A DNA stretch of 64,000 nucleotides from a virus. The stretch spans positions 32,001-96,000 of IMG/VR virus record IMGVR_UViG_3300027749_000055; one strand, written 5' to 3'. A program made the translations under genes and the position numbers. The notes below the pieces were generated by a model. That model did no database searches. It saw nothing but the letters and a program-made list of their open reading frames with translations, and was not told where the DNA came from. Below, piece by piece: positions 9,390 through 19,053 of this stretch. Numbering within the stretch: the first letter of the stretch is position 1; each line of letters begins with the position of its first letter.

Positions 9390-12089
9390 CTACCGCCCCA
9401 TTGCCCGCAACGTGCGGTGAAATTCTTTGAACTGACCTTCGACGTGGTGCTTGATGAGTTCGACAGTGTGCTGGTCGGCATTGCCATTGACCACAATGTT
9501 CACGTTGGGGGCTTGCTGAGCCTGTCCGTTGCCTCGACTGCCACGACTCAGGGCGTGAACCGCCGAAATGCTCAATACGGCTTCACCCGCCTGAAGAATG
9601 GCGGGAACTTCGGAACCCTTGCGGCCAGGAACCATACCGCCTTGGTGAAACTTGATGACTTTGGCAGTCTTCGTGTCGTGGACGGTTCGGGTCGGCTTGG
9701 GAGGCCCTGAATTTCCAAGACCGAGGAAGTGTCCAATTCCCTTCAGCGCACCGCCAATTTGGTGACGGAACTGATACGCCAAAAGACCGGCAGCAACCAC
9801 CTGCCCAATACCAGGAATCAAGTTTGCCAACGCCTCTGCACCTGCCATTTCAGCACCCGTGGCAACTGCGTCTGCACCGAGGCTTAGACCCAACTTTTTA
9901 GCAAGCGAGGTTCCACCCAACTTTGCCAGACCGCCACCAATTTTGGTTGCGCCGAACTTCTCTGCCATTGCGCCAAGGCGACCTCCACCCGCTCGAAGAA
10001 GACCATTGCGAGCAAATTTGGCAAGACCCTTTTCGCCAAACTTTTTCATTTCGCTTTCAGCCTTGTTTTTGATTTCTTTTTCAATTGGGTTTGAGCCACT
10101 GCCACCCACACCACCGCCACCTTTTTGAATGACTTTGGTGAGGTTGATAATGGCGTTCGTCAGGTTCACGGTGGGGTTTTTGGTGTTGGTGGACAACATT
10201 CCACCAAGGTCGCCAGTCATTCCGCCAGCCTTGCCCAATAACTTGCCAGCCATTCCACTGAATTTTCCAATAATGGGAATTTTGGAGAATAACTTGACCG
10301 CCAAGCCGGAGTGTTTTTCCACTTCCTTAGCGACGATACCCTCAACCTTTGAGGTTGTTCCGCCACCCAAACGCTTTAGCATTGGAATAGACGCAATAGC
10401 ACCTGCTACACCTTCGCCGCCTTCGAGGGCAGTAACGCCCATCTTGGCAACCTTTCCAAGACCAAACAACGATTTGACCTTGCCTCCCACCGAACCCATA
10501 ATTCCGGTAAGACCACCAAGCCCGCCAGCAATTGCCTTGATTCCCGAAAGCATAAAGTCAATCGGGCCTCCAAACATCTTTTTAGCAAACCACACCGTTG
10601 CAAGTATGGCAAAAGCGTCCTTCAAAAGACCCACACCACCGACCAATTTTGCCATTGAAGCAATGACGAGAAGAAATTGGTTTCCCGCTTTGATGAGAAT
10701 GGCTAGAAACTTAACAAAATATTCGACCAAAAGGGCAAGATACGGCAACATCTGAATCAACGTCGGCAAGGCGGCGATAAAAAACTGTGCGAACGTCGTT
10801 GCCAACAACGGGAGAAGGGGCGCAATGGCAACAATGGTTTGTTCGAGGGCGTTCAGGAAGACTTGCATTTGCCCATTGCTGACCATATCGCTGAACGCCT
10901 TAGATACCGCTTCGGCGGCGGGCTGAAGGTTTTTGGCAAACGTGTTTGCCATATCGGTCAAAATGTAAGCCAGACCCTTGAAATCGCCCTTGCCGTTGAT
11001 AATGGTGGTCAAAATACCCACCAAGGGCTTAGCCATTTGTGCAATGACGTTGATGACTGATTCTGCAATGGTCAGAATGGCTGGCAAAATGCCTTGGGCT
11101 AGGGCGTTGAACAAGGGAACTAAAACCGTGAAAATATCACCAAGGCTCTTACCGAGTGCTTCGGTTGTTGCCTGAATCGCAGTCGCCATAGATTCGAACA
11201 CGGGCTGTAGCGCATTGAGAAGCGGGGTCAAAGCCTGTGCGAATGATTCAAGAATTGGAAGAAGACCGACACCAATAGACTGATAAATCAACATCAAGTC
11301 ATTTTTCAATCTGTCCATAGGAGAACGGCTTGCCGACGCAATTCCCTGAACGTGCTTGTTGATATCTTGAAGCAACAAGTCCTGAGCCGCAAGCAGACCA
11401 GAGGTCGCTTCGGTAGCCTTAATTCGCTGTTGCTCAGCCTTCGAGAGCGACACACCCGTTCGCACCATTGCGCTCATACGCTTGGCGGGGTCGGTCAAAA
11501 CACGGCTCAGGAGTCGGGCTGAACCAACTACAGAACCACCGCTACCGCCACCCATAACCTCAGCCATATTTGCAGCGTTCTGCAATGTAAGTTTCATATC
11601 GCTGGCGTGTGCTTGATACAACTTCGCAAGGTCTTGGTTGGGAAGCAGAAGGTTCTGTGCTTGGATATATTGGTTTTTAGCAATACCCGTTTGAACAGAC
11701 AGGCTGTTTGCCTGATTGTCGAGGATTACCGAGTAGGCACGACCCGACTTAGTAACTTGGTCGTTGGTTTTTACTATTTTGCCGGATTGGTCTACGATAT
11801 TGCCCGAAATGTTCTTCAGGCTCACGCCCATTGCGGCTTGGTTGTTGAGAAGGACAGCCTGAATCTTCTGCAACTTGACTTGCTGTGCGCCGAGTTCAAG
11901 ACCCTTATCAACGGCTGTGCCAAGGGCAAGCCAACCAACGGCTTTCTTTAGGATTCCACCAAGTTCGTTGAACTGCTCGCCAACCTTTTTGGAAGTTTCC
12001 GAGGCGGCTTTTTCGGTTTCCTTAAACGACTCCTTTACCCCCGAAGCGTCGCCAAGGATTTTATAAAGGAGTGAGTTTTCGTCTGCCAT
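9390..12089 (-). CDS. Tail tape measure protein
   Basis: 899 aa Ala/Leu/Gly-rich helical protein with hydrophobic stretches and the typical C-terminal KFHQGGMVPG...EVPAILQAGEAVL motif; lies downstream of the tail chaperone. Confidence 0.92.
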   Translation of the reverse strand: MADENSLLYKILGDASGVKESFKETEKAASETSKKVGEQFNELGGILKKAVGWLALGTAVDKGLELGAQQVKLQKIQAVLLNNQAAMGVSLKNISGNIVDQSGKIVKTNDQVTKSGRAYSVILDNQANSLSVQTGIAKNQYIQAQNLLLPNQDLAKLYQAHASDMKLTLQNAANMAEVMGGGSGGSVVGSARLLSRVLTDPAKRMSAMVRTGVSLSKAEQQRIKATEATSGLLAAQDLLLQDINKHVQGIASASRSPMDRLKNDLMLIYQSIGVGLLPILESFAQALTPLLNALQPVFESMATAIQATTEALGKSLGDIFTVLVPLFNALAQGILPAILTIAESVINVIAQMAKPLVGILTTIINGKGDFKGLAYILTDMANTFAKNLQPAAEAVSKAFSDMVSNGQMQVFLNALEQTIVAIAPLLPLLATTFAQFFIAALPTLIQMLPYLALLVEYFVKFLAILIKAGNQFLLVIASMAKLVGGVGLLKDAFAILATVWFAKKMFGGPIDFMLSGIKAIAGGLGGLTGIMGSVGGKVKSLFGLGKVAKMGVTALEGGEGVAGAIASIPMLKRLGGGTTSKVEGIVAKEVEKHSGLAVKLFSKIPIIGKFSGMAGKLLGKAGGMTGDLGGMLSTNTKNPTVNLTNAIINLTKVIQKGGGGVGGSGSNPIEKEIKNKAESEMKKFGEKGLAKFARNGLLRAGGGRLGAMAEKFGATKIGGGLAKLGGTSLAKKLGLSLGADAVATGAEMAGAEALANLIPGIGQVVAAGLLAYQFRHQIGGALKGIGHFLGLGNSGPPKPTRTVHDTKTAKVIKFHQGGMVPGRKGSEVPAILQAGEAVLSISAVHALSRGSRGNGQAQQAPNVNIVVNGNADQHTVELIKHHVEGQFKEFHRTLRAMGR

Positions 12090-12130
12090 AAGGGTTTACC
12101 TAGCCCTTAGTCTGCCACAGGATTTTAGAA

Positions 12131-12331
12131 TTACCCATTGCGGGCGGCACGTTCCGCTTCTTCTTGCTCATAGGCACGAAGATTCCATATAGCCTGCCAT
12201 TCCACTAACTCTTTTGAAGATAGTGGTCTATGCGCTGGGGAACCTTCGAGAAGTTCGCCAACCGTCCGACCCAATTTTTCCGCTAACTCAAAGAGAAAGC
12301 GTCGGTCAGGGTTGGCTAAGAGTCTTTTCCC
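12131..12331 (-). CDS. Tail assembly chaperone -1 frameshift extension (gpGT-like)
   Basis: Slippery G GGA AAA at 12331-12325. The -1 frame reads RLLANPDRRFLFELAEKLGRTVGELLEG...SSKELVEWQAIWNLRAYEQEEAERAARNG* to TAA at 12133-12131. Confidence 0.85.
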   Translation of the reverse strand, partial: GKRLLANPDRRFLFELAEKLGRTVGELLEGSPAHRPLSSKELVEWQAIWNLRAYEQEEAERAARNG

Positions 12332-12669
12332 GCAACATCAGCCGCCCCGTCAGCCAAACCCGAAAGTTCCATTGCGACGGTAGCGATTTGCTCAATGGCA
12401 GCGGCACTCTTAGCAAGAAGAGCGTCACGGTCATTTTCGCTAAACACCCTCTCGCCCGTTTCGGGGTCGTAGGTACAAAGGATAACAATTTCGGGCAGCA
12501 CGTTGCCGAGGTCAATGTTGCCACCATTTTCAGCGGCCGACGCCAACATCTTGCTACGGTCACGGGCGGTCATTGACTTGACGACAACGCTCACATTCCA
12601 CTGCTTGACTTCGACAACCTTCGACTCAATGTCGTCGGAAGCAAAAATCTGTTCTGAAAGGCTAGACAT
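12316..12669 (-). CDS. Tail assembly chaperone (gpG-like)
   Basis: 117 aa acidic protein (VEVKQWNVSVVVKSMTARDR...DPETGERVFSENDRDALL) between tail tube and tape measure genes; ends at slippery GGGAAAA. Confidence 0.88.
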   Translation of the reverse strand: MSSLSEQIFASDDIESKVVEVKQWNVSVVVKSMTARDRSKMLASAAENGGNIDLGNVLPEIVILCTYDPETGERVFSENDRDALLAKSAAAIEQIATVAMELSGLADGAADVAGKDS

Positions 12670-12736
12670 AGCACTCCGTTTCTAGGGGTAAACCCCTAGT
12701 CATAGAGTGTAGTCGCTGTTTTGGAATCGTGCAGGA

Positions 12737-13459
12737 TTACAGAATCGAGCGGGTCACGACACCCGTGACCTGCAATTCGCCGTCAAACGAAATCACAGCG
12801 TTCACGCCCGACTTCAAGTCATACTTGTTCAGGAGAGCCTGACCGTAGAAGACAACCGAAGGGGTCTGACCCGTAAACGCCCCAGGCGTCGAAGGCCCGT
12901 AGATGAACGAGATGAACTTGCCAGCGTCCTGAAAAGAAATCAGCGAGTTCATAATTGCGTCAGTTCCACCCGTGGTGGTCGAAGAACCGGCGGTGGGGTC
13001 ATACATACCGGCAAACGTAATCGTGTAGGCCTTCAGACCCACAATGTAGGTCTTTACACCAGCCTGCGAGAACGTGGTCGTCTCAGGGGTTTCTATTTGC
13101 GTCGGGAACGAAACGTCGTTGATGAAGGGCGAGAGGTTCACCATAGGAAGCACGGGGCTTCCTGCAGCAGCGGAAACCGAAGAGGGTGACACCGAGAGGG
13201 TGTAGGACGTCGTGGCGGTGGCAAACGGGGTTGCCGTGCCAACGGGGATACCGTTCACGAACGCACCGTAGACCGTCGAGGTCGGGGTGGAAATCGCCTT
13301 GTCCGCTAGTGAAATACCGCCAGCGAGCAAAGTTCCCGCCGTGGGGGTCACGGTCAGCGAACCACTCGTAATCGAGCCTGTGTTTATCGTAGCGGCACTT
13401 GTTTCGTAGCCAATTGCCAGAAACCCGTTCTTACCGTGTTGGAAAGCAGGAGTAGCCAT
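12737..13459 (-). CDS. Major tail (tube) protein
   Basis: HGKN N-terminus; NLSPFINDVSFP...ETTTF...KTYIVGLK...G.YD; C-terminal FDGELQVTGVVTR; immediately upstream of the chaperone. Confidence 0.8.
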   Translation of the reverse strand: MATPAFQHGKNGFLAIGYETSAATINTGSITSGSLTVTPTAGTLLAGGISLADKAISTPTSTVYGAFVNGIPVGTATPFATATTSYTLSVSPSSVSAAAGSPVLPMVNLSPFINDVSFPTQIETPETTTFSQAGVKTYIVGLKAYTITFAGMYDPTAGSSTTTGGTDAIMNSLISFQDAGKFISFIYGPSTPGAFTGQTPSVVFYGQALLNKYDLKSGVNAVISFDGELQVTGVVTRSIL

Positions 13460-13472
13460 TATTTATTCCTTC

Positions 13473-14429
13473 CTAGAAACGGGCAAACCCGTAGCAGATA
13501 GTTGCCGACGGGCTTGTTCCCGAAAGCGTCCAAATGAGTTGTGTGTATTGCAACAGCGGATTCGGCAAAAACAAGACCACGTTGCCAACCGTCGAAATGG
13601 TTGAACCAGAAACCGTCTGGTAGGTCGAGTTGTTAGCCGAGTGCTGAAAACTGAGGCTCAAAGTTCCTTGCAGTGCAAGAACGTTGATAATCAGAAGACC
13701 GCCCCTAGTGGTTTGCAGACCATTGTTTTTGGCAGTGGTGCTACTGCTAGAGGTCGTAGTGAAATATTGCCCGAAGCCACGCCACACGCCACCGTCGGAG
13801 ACGATTTCGGTGTCTATAGCCACAACGCCCGAAACGGGAGTCTTCAGGTCATACTTGTTTTCCAATCCACGGGCGAGGTGGCACACAGAATTCTGCGCCG
13901 TTCCGCCGTCGGGGAACACAAGTACCGCCTCGTCTGCGGAGTTTTTTGTGGCGTTTGCCATAATCTCATCTACCGCAGCGTATGAGCCGTCGTAAAAACC
14001 GGCGAGGGTGATTGAGCCCTCCTTCAAGCCTGAGATGTAGGTCTTCACACCGCTGTTTTGGAAGGTCGTTGTCTCAACGGGGTCTAAGGCAGTGGCGACA
14101 CTTACATCATTGAAGAACTGAGAGAGGTCGAATGAAGCACCATTCGAGAGGGCAAAGGAGATAAGGGTCGGCGCAGTCAGGCTTGAAGAAGCCGTGGCAT
14201 TTGCCGAGAGGGTCAAAGTGTATTGAGTAATCGCCGTAACCGTGGTGCTTGACGGGATTCCCGTGCCCGTGACGGTTGCGCCGAGAGGCAGGGTGGCAGG
14301 CAGATTTCCCACAATGGTCACAACGTTGCTACCACTGGCGAGAACGCCTAGGAACGATTGGCTGGTCTGCGAGGGGTTTGAGAACACAACCCGTGAGTTC
14401 TTACCGTGGAGAAATGAAGGGCCAGCCAT
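13473..14429 (-). CDS. Second tail tube-like protein (paralog of 12737-13459)
   Basis: Shares HGKN, DLSQFFNDVS, ETTTF..SGVKTYISGLK, G.YD and NKYDLK motifs with the neighbouring gene; has an extra C-terminal domain. Confidence 0.7.
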   Translation of the reverse strand: MAGPSFLHGKNSRVVFSNPSQTSQSFLGVLASGSNVVTIVGNLPATLPLGATVTGTGIPSSTTVTAITQYTLTLSANATASSSLTAPTLISFALSNGASFDLSQFFNDVSVATALDPVETTTFQNSGVKTYISGLKEGSITLAGFYDGSYAAVDEIMANATKNSADEAVLVFPDGGTAQNSVCHLARGLENKYDLKTPVSGVVAIDTEIVSDGGVWRGFGQYFTTTSSSSTTAKNNGLQTTRGGLLIINVLALQGTLSLSFQHSANNSTYQTVSGSTISTVGNVVLFLPNPLLQYTQLIWTLSGTSPSATICYGFARF

Positions 14430-14689
14430 TATTGAGCCTCTGTAGTGACCTCAGAGCCGTCGGAAGGAACGCTCGAAGGGTTTGGGGTAGGAGATTCATC
14501 AGGTGTTACGGGGGTTTCGGCAGGCACGGGGGCAGCGTCAGAGGGGGCAATCCAGCCCAACGCCAAGTCCGACGTAATGCTGTCGGCTGGGTAGTCGGTC
14601 ACGATATCGCCCGTCTGCACGAATTTCCCGTTGTAGTAAAGCGGCGTAGGGCTGATGACCACATACGCAACTTGCTTAGCCTTTGCCAT
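14429..14689 (-). CDS. Small virion-associated hypothetical protein
   Basis: 86 aa ORF translationally coupled to the tail gene; Pro/Ser/Thr/Glu-rich tail. Confidence 0.6.
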   Translation of the reverse strand: MAKAKQVAYVVISPTPLYYNGKFVQTGDIVTDYPADSITSDLALGWIAPSDAAPVPAETPVTPDESPTPNPSSVPSDGSEVTTEAQ

Positions 14690-14737
14690 ACGACCTTCCG
14701 AGTAGATGACTTCGGGAAAATCGTAGCATTGGAAATA

Positions 14738-14771
14738 GAAAAACCCGTTGGCTCAAAACCAACGGGTCTTT
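14738..14771. terminator. Intrinsic terminator hairpin (possibly bidirectional)
   Basis: aaaaa-acccgttgg-ctcaaaa-ccaacgggt-cttt inverted repeat with A/T tracts. Confidence 0.75.
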
Positions 14772-14787
14772 CATTGTGGAGGTGGGT

Positions 14788-15060
14788 TTAGTCCTCCGAG
14801 GCTGTCCTGCGCTTGCGCTTACGGATTGCCGAGACACGGTGAGGGTAGAAGGCTCGAATGGACTTGTTCCCATTCGTGCCGCCGTGGACGATTACGTCCG
14901 TGACCTCGCCCTGACGAGTGTGAATCTTGATGAACGTGAACTCGCCACGCTCGCCCTGAACCCTCACGGGGTCATTGGGTTGAATTCCGTTCCACTCCAA
15001 CTCGACCTGATAGGTCGGCGTGTAGTGAGGCGCAATCTCCATTGTCTTCCTAGTTGCCAT
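14788..15060 (-). CDS. Hypothetical protein (small beta/SH3-like), stand-alone unit with own promoter and terminator
   Basis: AGGAGG RBS; TTGATG-N17-TAGGAT promoter at ~15119-15091; terminator downstream. Looks like a moron in the tail region. Confidence 0.7.
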   Translation of the reverse strand: MATRKTMEIAPHYTPTYQVELEWNGIQPNDPVRVQGERGEFTFIKIHTRQGEVTDVIVHGGTNGNKSIRAFYPHRVSAIRKRKRRTASED

Positions 15061-15122
15061 ATGTGGTTCCTCCTTTGAAGCAACGAGTGAATCCTAGCAT
15101 ACTTATCAACCCCCATCAAGTA

Positions 15123-15359
15123 TTAGGAAACAATTTTTTCTTGATAACCACATTCACAAACTTGAAACACGCCTGCGCCCGTTGAGATTTTCAATGCGTT
15201 TTCGTGGGTGCAATCCCCTTCGACAACATCTTCTGTCGCCTCTACGGGCTTCTGAGCGGGTGCGATTATCTCCAACACAGCGTCAATCGCCATAATTGAA
15301 GCGAGATTGCTTTCACGGGCTGCTTGTAGCGCAAGCACTACGACGTTGGGAGAACTCAC
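15123..15359 (-). CDS. Hypothetical protein with C-terminal Cys/His motif
   Basis: 78 aa; CxH...CxC; coupled to upstream gene. Confidence 0.6.
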   Translation of the reverse strand: MSSPNVVVLALQAARESNLASIMAIDAVLEIIAPAQKPVEATEDVVEGDCTHENALKISTGAGVFQVCECGYQEKIVS

Positions 15360-15820
15360 GGCATAGGCAGACCGTCACTGCCAACGTTCATAGTGAAGGT
15401 GAAGTTCATTGTGAACTTGGGACGTTGAATCTCGTCATAACCAATTGGGTTAGGAATACCGAGTGATTCAATCCTGAGAACATTTGTGAAGTAAGTCGAG
15501 TTCGGAAGAATCACTCCGGTCAGCGTGTTGCGAATCAAGCGTGACCACGCATACGCCGTTGGGTAGTCCTCTCGAAGACCACGCACCTCAATCTGCACCT
15601 TGGGATACTCGATTGCGGAGTTGCCACCTGCGCCCATAGTGAACGTCGGGGCTTTGCCCTGATATTGCTGAATGACGATTGCAGCGTCGGGGGCTTCGGC
15701 GGGGTATCGAGCCAAGAACATATTGACTCCACTCACCAATCCCTGAGTCCCGTAAGTTGCGGGAACAAGCGTCGCTTGTAGGTATGAGGCAATCTCTTCG
15801 ATTAGTGGCGTGTAGGTCAT
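15356..15820 (-). CDS. Tail terminator / tail completion protein
   Basis: 154 aa; P..PD.AIVI.QY.G, YPKVQIEVRG, GYDE..RPKFTMNF pattern; position after the gp10-like gene. Confidence 0.75.
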   Translation of the reverse strand: MTYTPLIEEIASYLQATLVPATYGTQGLVSGVNMFLARYPAEAPDAAIVIQQYQGKAPTFTMGAGGNSAIEYPKVQIEVRGLREDYPTAYAWSRLIRNTLTGVILPNSTYFTNVLRIESLGIPNPIGYDEIQRPKFTMNFTFTMNVGSDGLPMP

Positions 15821-16218
15821 AGTTGTCCTAGAAATTGGTTAATTGCTTCCGAGAGTTGTGAGGTTATCTCAGGCACTTGTTCCTCGAAGGGGATTTCGAG
15901 GAACTTTGCTTGACCGCCGTGGGGGTGGTGCATTTGCAGGTCTTCGTGAACCTTGACCGCATAGTCCACCAAACCACCGCCATAGGAGATAGACGCATAC
16001 ATTTCTTCGTTACCTTCGGGGTCTTTGGTCAGCACTTCGCCGGAATCCCGCAGCCTACCCGTGAGAACCGGAATAAGGGGCTGGCTGTTCTCGTAAATGA
16101 TTTGAGCGTTGTCCTCGAAGACTTTTTGAACAACCTTGGGAATTCCTCTTTGCGCTTTTTTAAGGTTCTTTTTGAAATTGGAATCCTCGACCTTGATACT
16201 GATTGCCTTGCCCTTCAT
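15817..16218 (-). CDS. HK97 gp10-like tail component
   Basis: PVLTGRLRDSG, DYAVKVHED, GQAKFLE motifs. Confidence 0.85.
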   Translation of the reverse strand: MKGKAISIKVEDSNFKKNLKKAQRGIPKVVQKVFEDNAQIIYENSQPLIPVLTGRLRDSGEVLTKDPEGNEEMYASISYGGGLVDYAVKVHEDLQMHHPHGGQAKFLEIPFEEQVPEITSQLSEAINQFLGQL

Positions 16219-16220
16219 AA

Positions 16221-16655
16221 CTACTCGAAGTGAATTGTCGTGTTGTATCCAACTATGCCGGTTTCGTCATAGTTGTTCTCAATGAACGCAATGACGGGGT
16301 GCTGCAGGGCGGGCTGAACTTGTTGTGGAACCGTGAGGCGGGCTTCTGTCGAGATTTGCGGGAAAAATCCAGCGAGGTAGGCACGACCAGAACTTTTGCG
16401 GTCACGCCCGTCTTTGCTTGGGACGATTTTTACCGAGTATTCCAAACGGCACTGATACGTCACGCCCGCTTGCCACTCGACGTTGCCGGAGACGGAGGGC
16501 GTTCCGGTGCTAGTGGAATCGTGTCGTCCATACAAGTCCAAGACGGGCGTAGGGGTTCCCGAAGCACTGACGGGCGTGTAGGCAGTGACGGGCGTGGGGT
16601 TTTCCACGATAATCGTCTGCGTCATCACCTCTAGAAGTTCGGGGTCAATAGTCAT
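16221..16655 (-). CDS. Head-tail adaptor/stopper protein
   Basis: Likely start MTIDPELL at 16655; DLYGR and Y.CRLEY motifs; position in the head-tail module. Confidence 0.65.
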   Translation of the reverse strand: MTIDPELLEVMTQTIIVENPTPVTAYTPVSASGTPTPVLDLYGRHDSTSTGTPSVSGNVEWQAGVTYQCRLEYSVKIVPSKDGRDRKSSGRAYLAGFFPQISTEARLTVPQQVQPALQHPVIAFIENNYDETGIVGYNTTIHFE

Positions 16656-16666
16656 TACATTGAGTC

Positions 16667-17140
16667 CTATCCGCCACCGTTTTGCGGGTTGTAGCCCGTT
16701 CCGTAGGTGGTGGTAACACCCAGCACGGACTCGGACGGCCAATCGTTGGGAGAGGCGTAATAGGGGTCAAACTTGCCAATAACAAACTCCGCACCAAGGG
16801 CGTTGGAGTCTACGTTCACCATTGGTGGGTTCACACGGCGTGAGCGGGCAAGCAAGTCCTTCGAGAGACGTTGATACTGTTGCGCCTTGTCGCCAAACGA
16901 CTTGCTGAGGCTAAGTCCACCAACTGACTTGCTGGTGCTTTGGGCCCCTCCCGTGTAAAAAGCGGCAATGCTCTGTGCCACCGTCGAGGCGGCTCGGTAG
17001 ATTTCACCACCGAACTCAGCGAGGCAAAAAGCGATTTCCTCGTCCTGAATCAACGGCGAGTCAATATCGGTGTCGCCCACCAACCAGCGAATTGCGTCCT
17101 TCTTCGAGGTTGTGGGGTCTGCGCTATAAGTCCAAGACAT
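16667..17140 (-). CDS. Head-to-tail connector protein
   Basis: MSWTYSADP...DAIRWLVGDTD...LIQDEEI...KSVGGLSLS, a typical adaptor signature. Confidence 0.8.
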   Translation of the reverse strand: MSWTYSADPTTSKKDAIRWLVGDTDIDSPLIQDEEIAFCLAEFGGEIYRAASTVAQSIAAFYTGGAQSTSKSVGGLSLSKSFGDKAQQYQRLSKDLLARSRRVNPPMVNVDSNALGAEFVIGKFDPYYASPNDWPSESVLGVTTTYGTGYNPQNGGG

Positions 17141-17150
17141 TTTTACACTC

Positions 17151-17507
17151 CTACATTGGTTGATAATCAAAGCGCATTGAACCCGTGAGGATTCGCTGTG
17201 CGTTATTCGAAATTTGAGTTGCGGTGATTTGGAAATACCAGCGACCAGCGGTCAAACCGGAGAGTTCGTTGTTTGTCCACGCAACAACGAGATTTGCTGT
17301 TCCGTTTGCGCCATTACTGCTCGTAAAACCGACGGTCTTAGTGATTTTGGCGGTGTTCGGCGGTTGCCCAATCTTCATTGAGAACGTCCAGCCGGTAGTG
17401 AAATCTACGGGGTTGCCACCTGCGTCGAGCCAGCGAAAGTTTGCTGCGGGAAGGCTGGAGGCGGGGGTGGGGTATTCAAGCGTGTCGGGCATTAGGAGTT
17501 GTTCCAC
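17151..17507 (-). CDS. Virion structural protein (BppU N-terminal-like Ig fold)
   Basis: DAGGNPVDFTTGWTFSM...LTAGRWYFQI...RILTG pattern. Confidence 0.6.
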   Translation of the reverse strand: MEQLLMPDTLEYPTPASSLPAANFRWLDAGGNPVDFTTGWTFSMKIGQPPNTAKITKTVGFTSSNGANGTANLVVAWTNNELSGLTAGRWYFQITATQISNNAQRILTGSMRFDYQPM

Positions 17508-18325
17508 TTTCTCTCGGTAAAGAAGGATACCTCGCCCTCTTGGAAAACCTCGGTGGACTGCGGTTCAACAACGGTGGCAAACGTGGCGGTTTCGGCACTT
17601 GTGGCAGTGTTGTGGTCGGTTTGAGAACCCGTGGTCAGGAACTCGGTAAAAAGAATCGGGCTGGTGAGAATGATTTGAGTGACGTAAGCCCACACGCTCG
17701 TCGCTTGGGTGAGCGCAGCCTGCCCGTCCTTGCTAAATACCGCCCGTTTAATTGCGGTGACGGTCTGAGACAACGCCGAGGACACGTTTTGAACCCGTCG
17801 AACAGCCCTGACGGACGATACGGCTTGCGTCTCCGAAGCAGAACCAACCACTTTATGAACAACCGTTTTAGCACCCCTTGTGGCTTGTGATTCGGCATTG
17901 GCGGAACGACGAACCAGCGTTCTAGCCGCCGTGCCGACAGCCGATTCGGTTTGTGTTTCAATGCCAACCTGCGTGTGAATGGTTGCACGATTGGAAACGG
18001 TTGCTTCCGCAAGTATTTCTGAGCCAAGGCGGATTTTGACGGTGTTGGTATTTCCCAACGCCGATTCCAAAAGTGGATTCGCCCCAGAACGACCCAGAGC
18101 GGTGTTTTTACCACCATTGACCGCTTCGGTTCCCGCCACAGAATTCGAGCGAACCAATACAAGTGTGCGTGTTCCAATTGCGCTTTGTAGCAAACTTGCT
18201 ACGCCGACGACGTTGTAAGCGGTTCCCGAAAACGAGATTCCGTAATACAAGCCAGAGAAGGGCGTGTTGCCTCCGCCGTTGTAGAGGGTGCTAAAAACTC
18301 CGTAGGTAGGTTTGGTTATGGGCAT
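17492..18325 (-). CDS. Putative virion structural protein
   Basis: 277 aa Thr/Ala/Ser-rich ORF in the structural operon. Confidence 0.6.
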   Translation of the reverse strand: MPITKPTYGVFSTLYNGGGNTPFSGLYYGISFSGTAYNVVGVASLLQSAIGTRTLVLVRSNSVAGTEAVNGGKNTALGRSGANPLLESALGNTNTVKIRLGSEILAEATVSNRATIHTQVGIETQTESAVGTAARTLVRRSANAESQATRGAKTVVHKVVGSASETQAVSSVRAVRRVQNVSSALSQTVTAIKRAVFSKDGQAALTQATSVWAYVTQIILTSPILFTEFLTTGSQTDHNTATSAETATFATVVEPQSTEVFQEGEVSFFTERKWNNS

Positions 18326-18340
18326 AGCCCGTCACCAGCC

Positions 18341-18997
18341 TTAGTTGCTCATCAACCAAGTAGGCGTGAAGTTCAACGAGTCGTTGGGGGTCAAAACGGG
18401 GCTAGAAGCGTCCGCAAAGTTGGCTGCGTAGAGGGCGGTTCCACCCGACAAAGCCGTGGCAATAAAGAAGCCGTTAGCCGCAGTCCACGTTCCCTGAGCC
18501 GAGAAGACCGAGTTCGAGGCAGGAACGGACTTCATACCCGTCACAGCGTCACCAAACGTCACCGTTGCGCCGTTGGATTGGTTCGAGGCAAGGGGCGACG
18601 AGAGAACGACTTGGTTTCCGACAATGGCGGTCACGACCTTGACGGACTCCGTGCCGACCACAATGCTCATACCGACGGTCAGCGTTTTACTACTTGGGGC
18701 AACGCTGGTAAGGGTCACAACTTGAACGCCAGCGAGGACTGCGCCGTTGAGGGTCGTAGTTCCAAAAGGCGTGGTGTAAGAGGTGGCGACAGCGGGGGTT
18801 CCGTAAGTAACAGTCTGACGAGCGTAGTTCTGACCCGAAACCTCAACAATCGCAGGGGAACCGCCCGCCGCTGGAACTGTCGTGCCAGAAAGACTCGTAA
18901 ACAAACCAACATACAACTGCGAGTAGGTCACAGGGGAAGCCGTGATGACCTGATTGAACAGGACTGTAAGACCGCTATTGAGGAAAACCTGTGCCAC
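18341..18997 (-). CDS. Putative minor tail/fibre-associated protein
   Basis: LYVGLFT...EVSGQNYARQTV...GTWTAANGFFIATALSGGTALY motif common in small phage fibre/baseplate proteins; has an internal beta insertion. Confidence 0.65.
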   Translation of the reverse strand: MAQVFLNSGLTVLFNQVITASPVTYSQLYVGLFTSLSGTTVPAAGGSPAIVEVSGQNYARQTVTYGTPAVATSYTTPFGTTTLNGAVLAGVQVVTLTSVAPSSKTLTVGMSIVVGTESVKVVTAIVGNQVVLSSPLASNQSNGATVTFGDAVTGMKSVPASNSVFSAQGTWTAANGFFIATALSGGTALYAANFADASSPVLTPNDSLNFTPTWLMSN

Positions 18998-19053
18998 GCA
19001 TACTCCTAGGGGACGTTATTCTCCCCCTAGTCTGCCACAAAGTTTGGAAAAAC

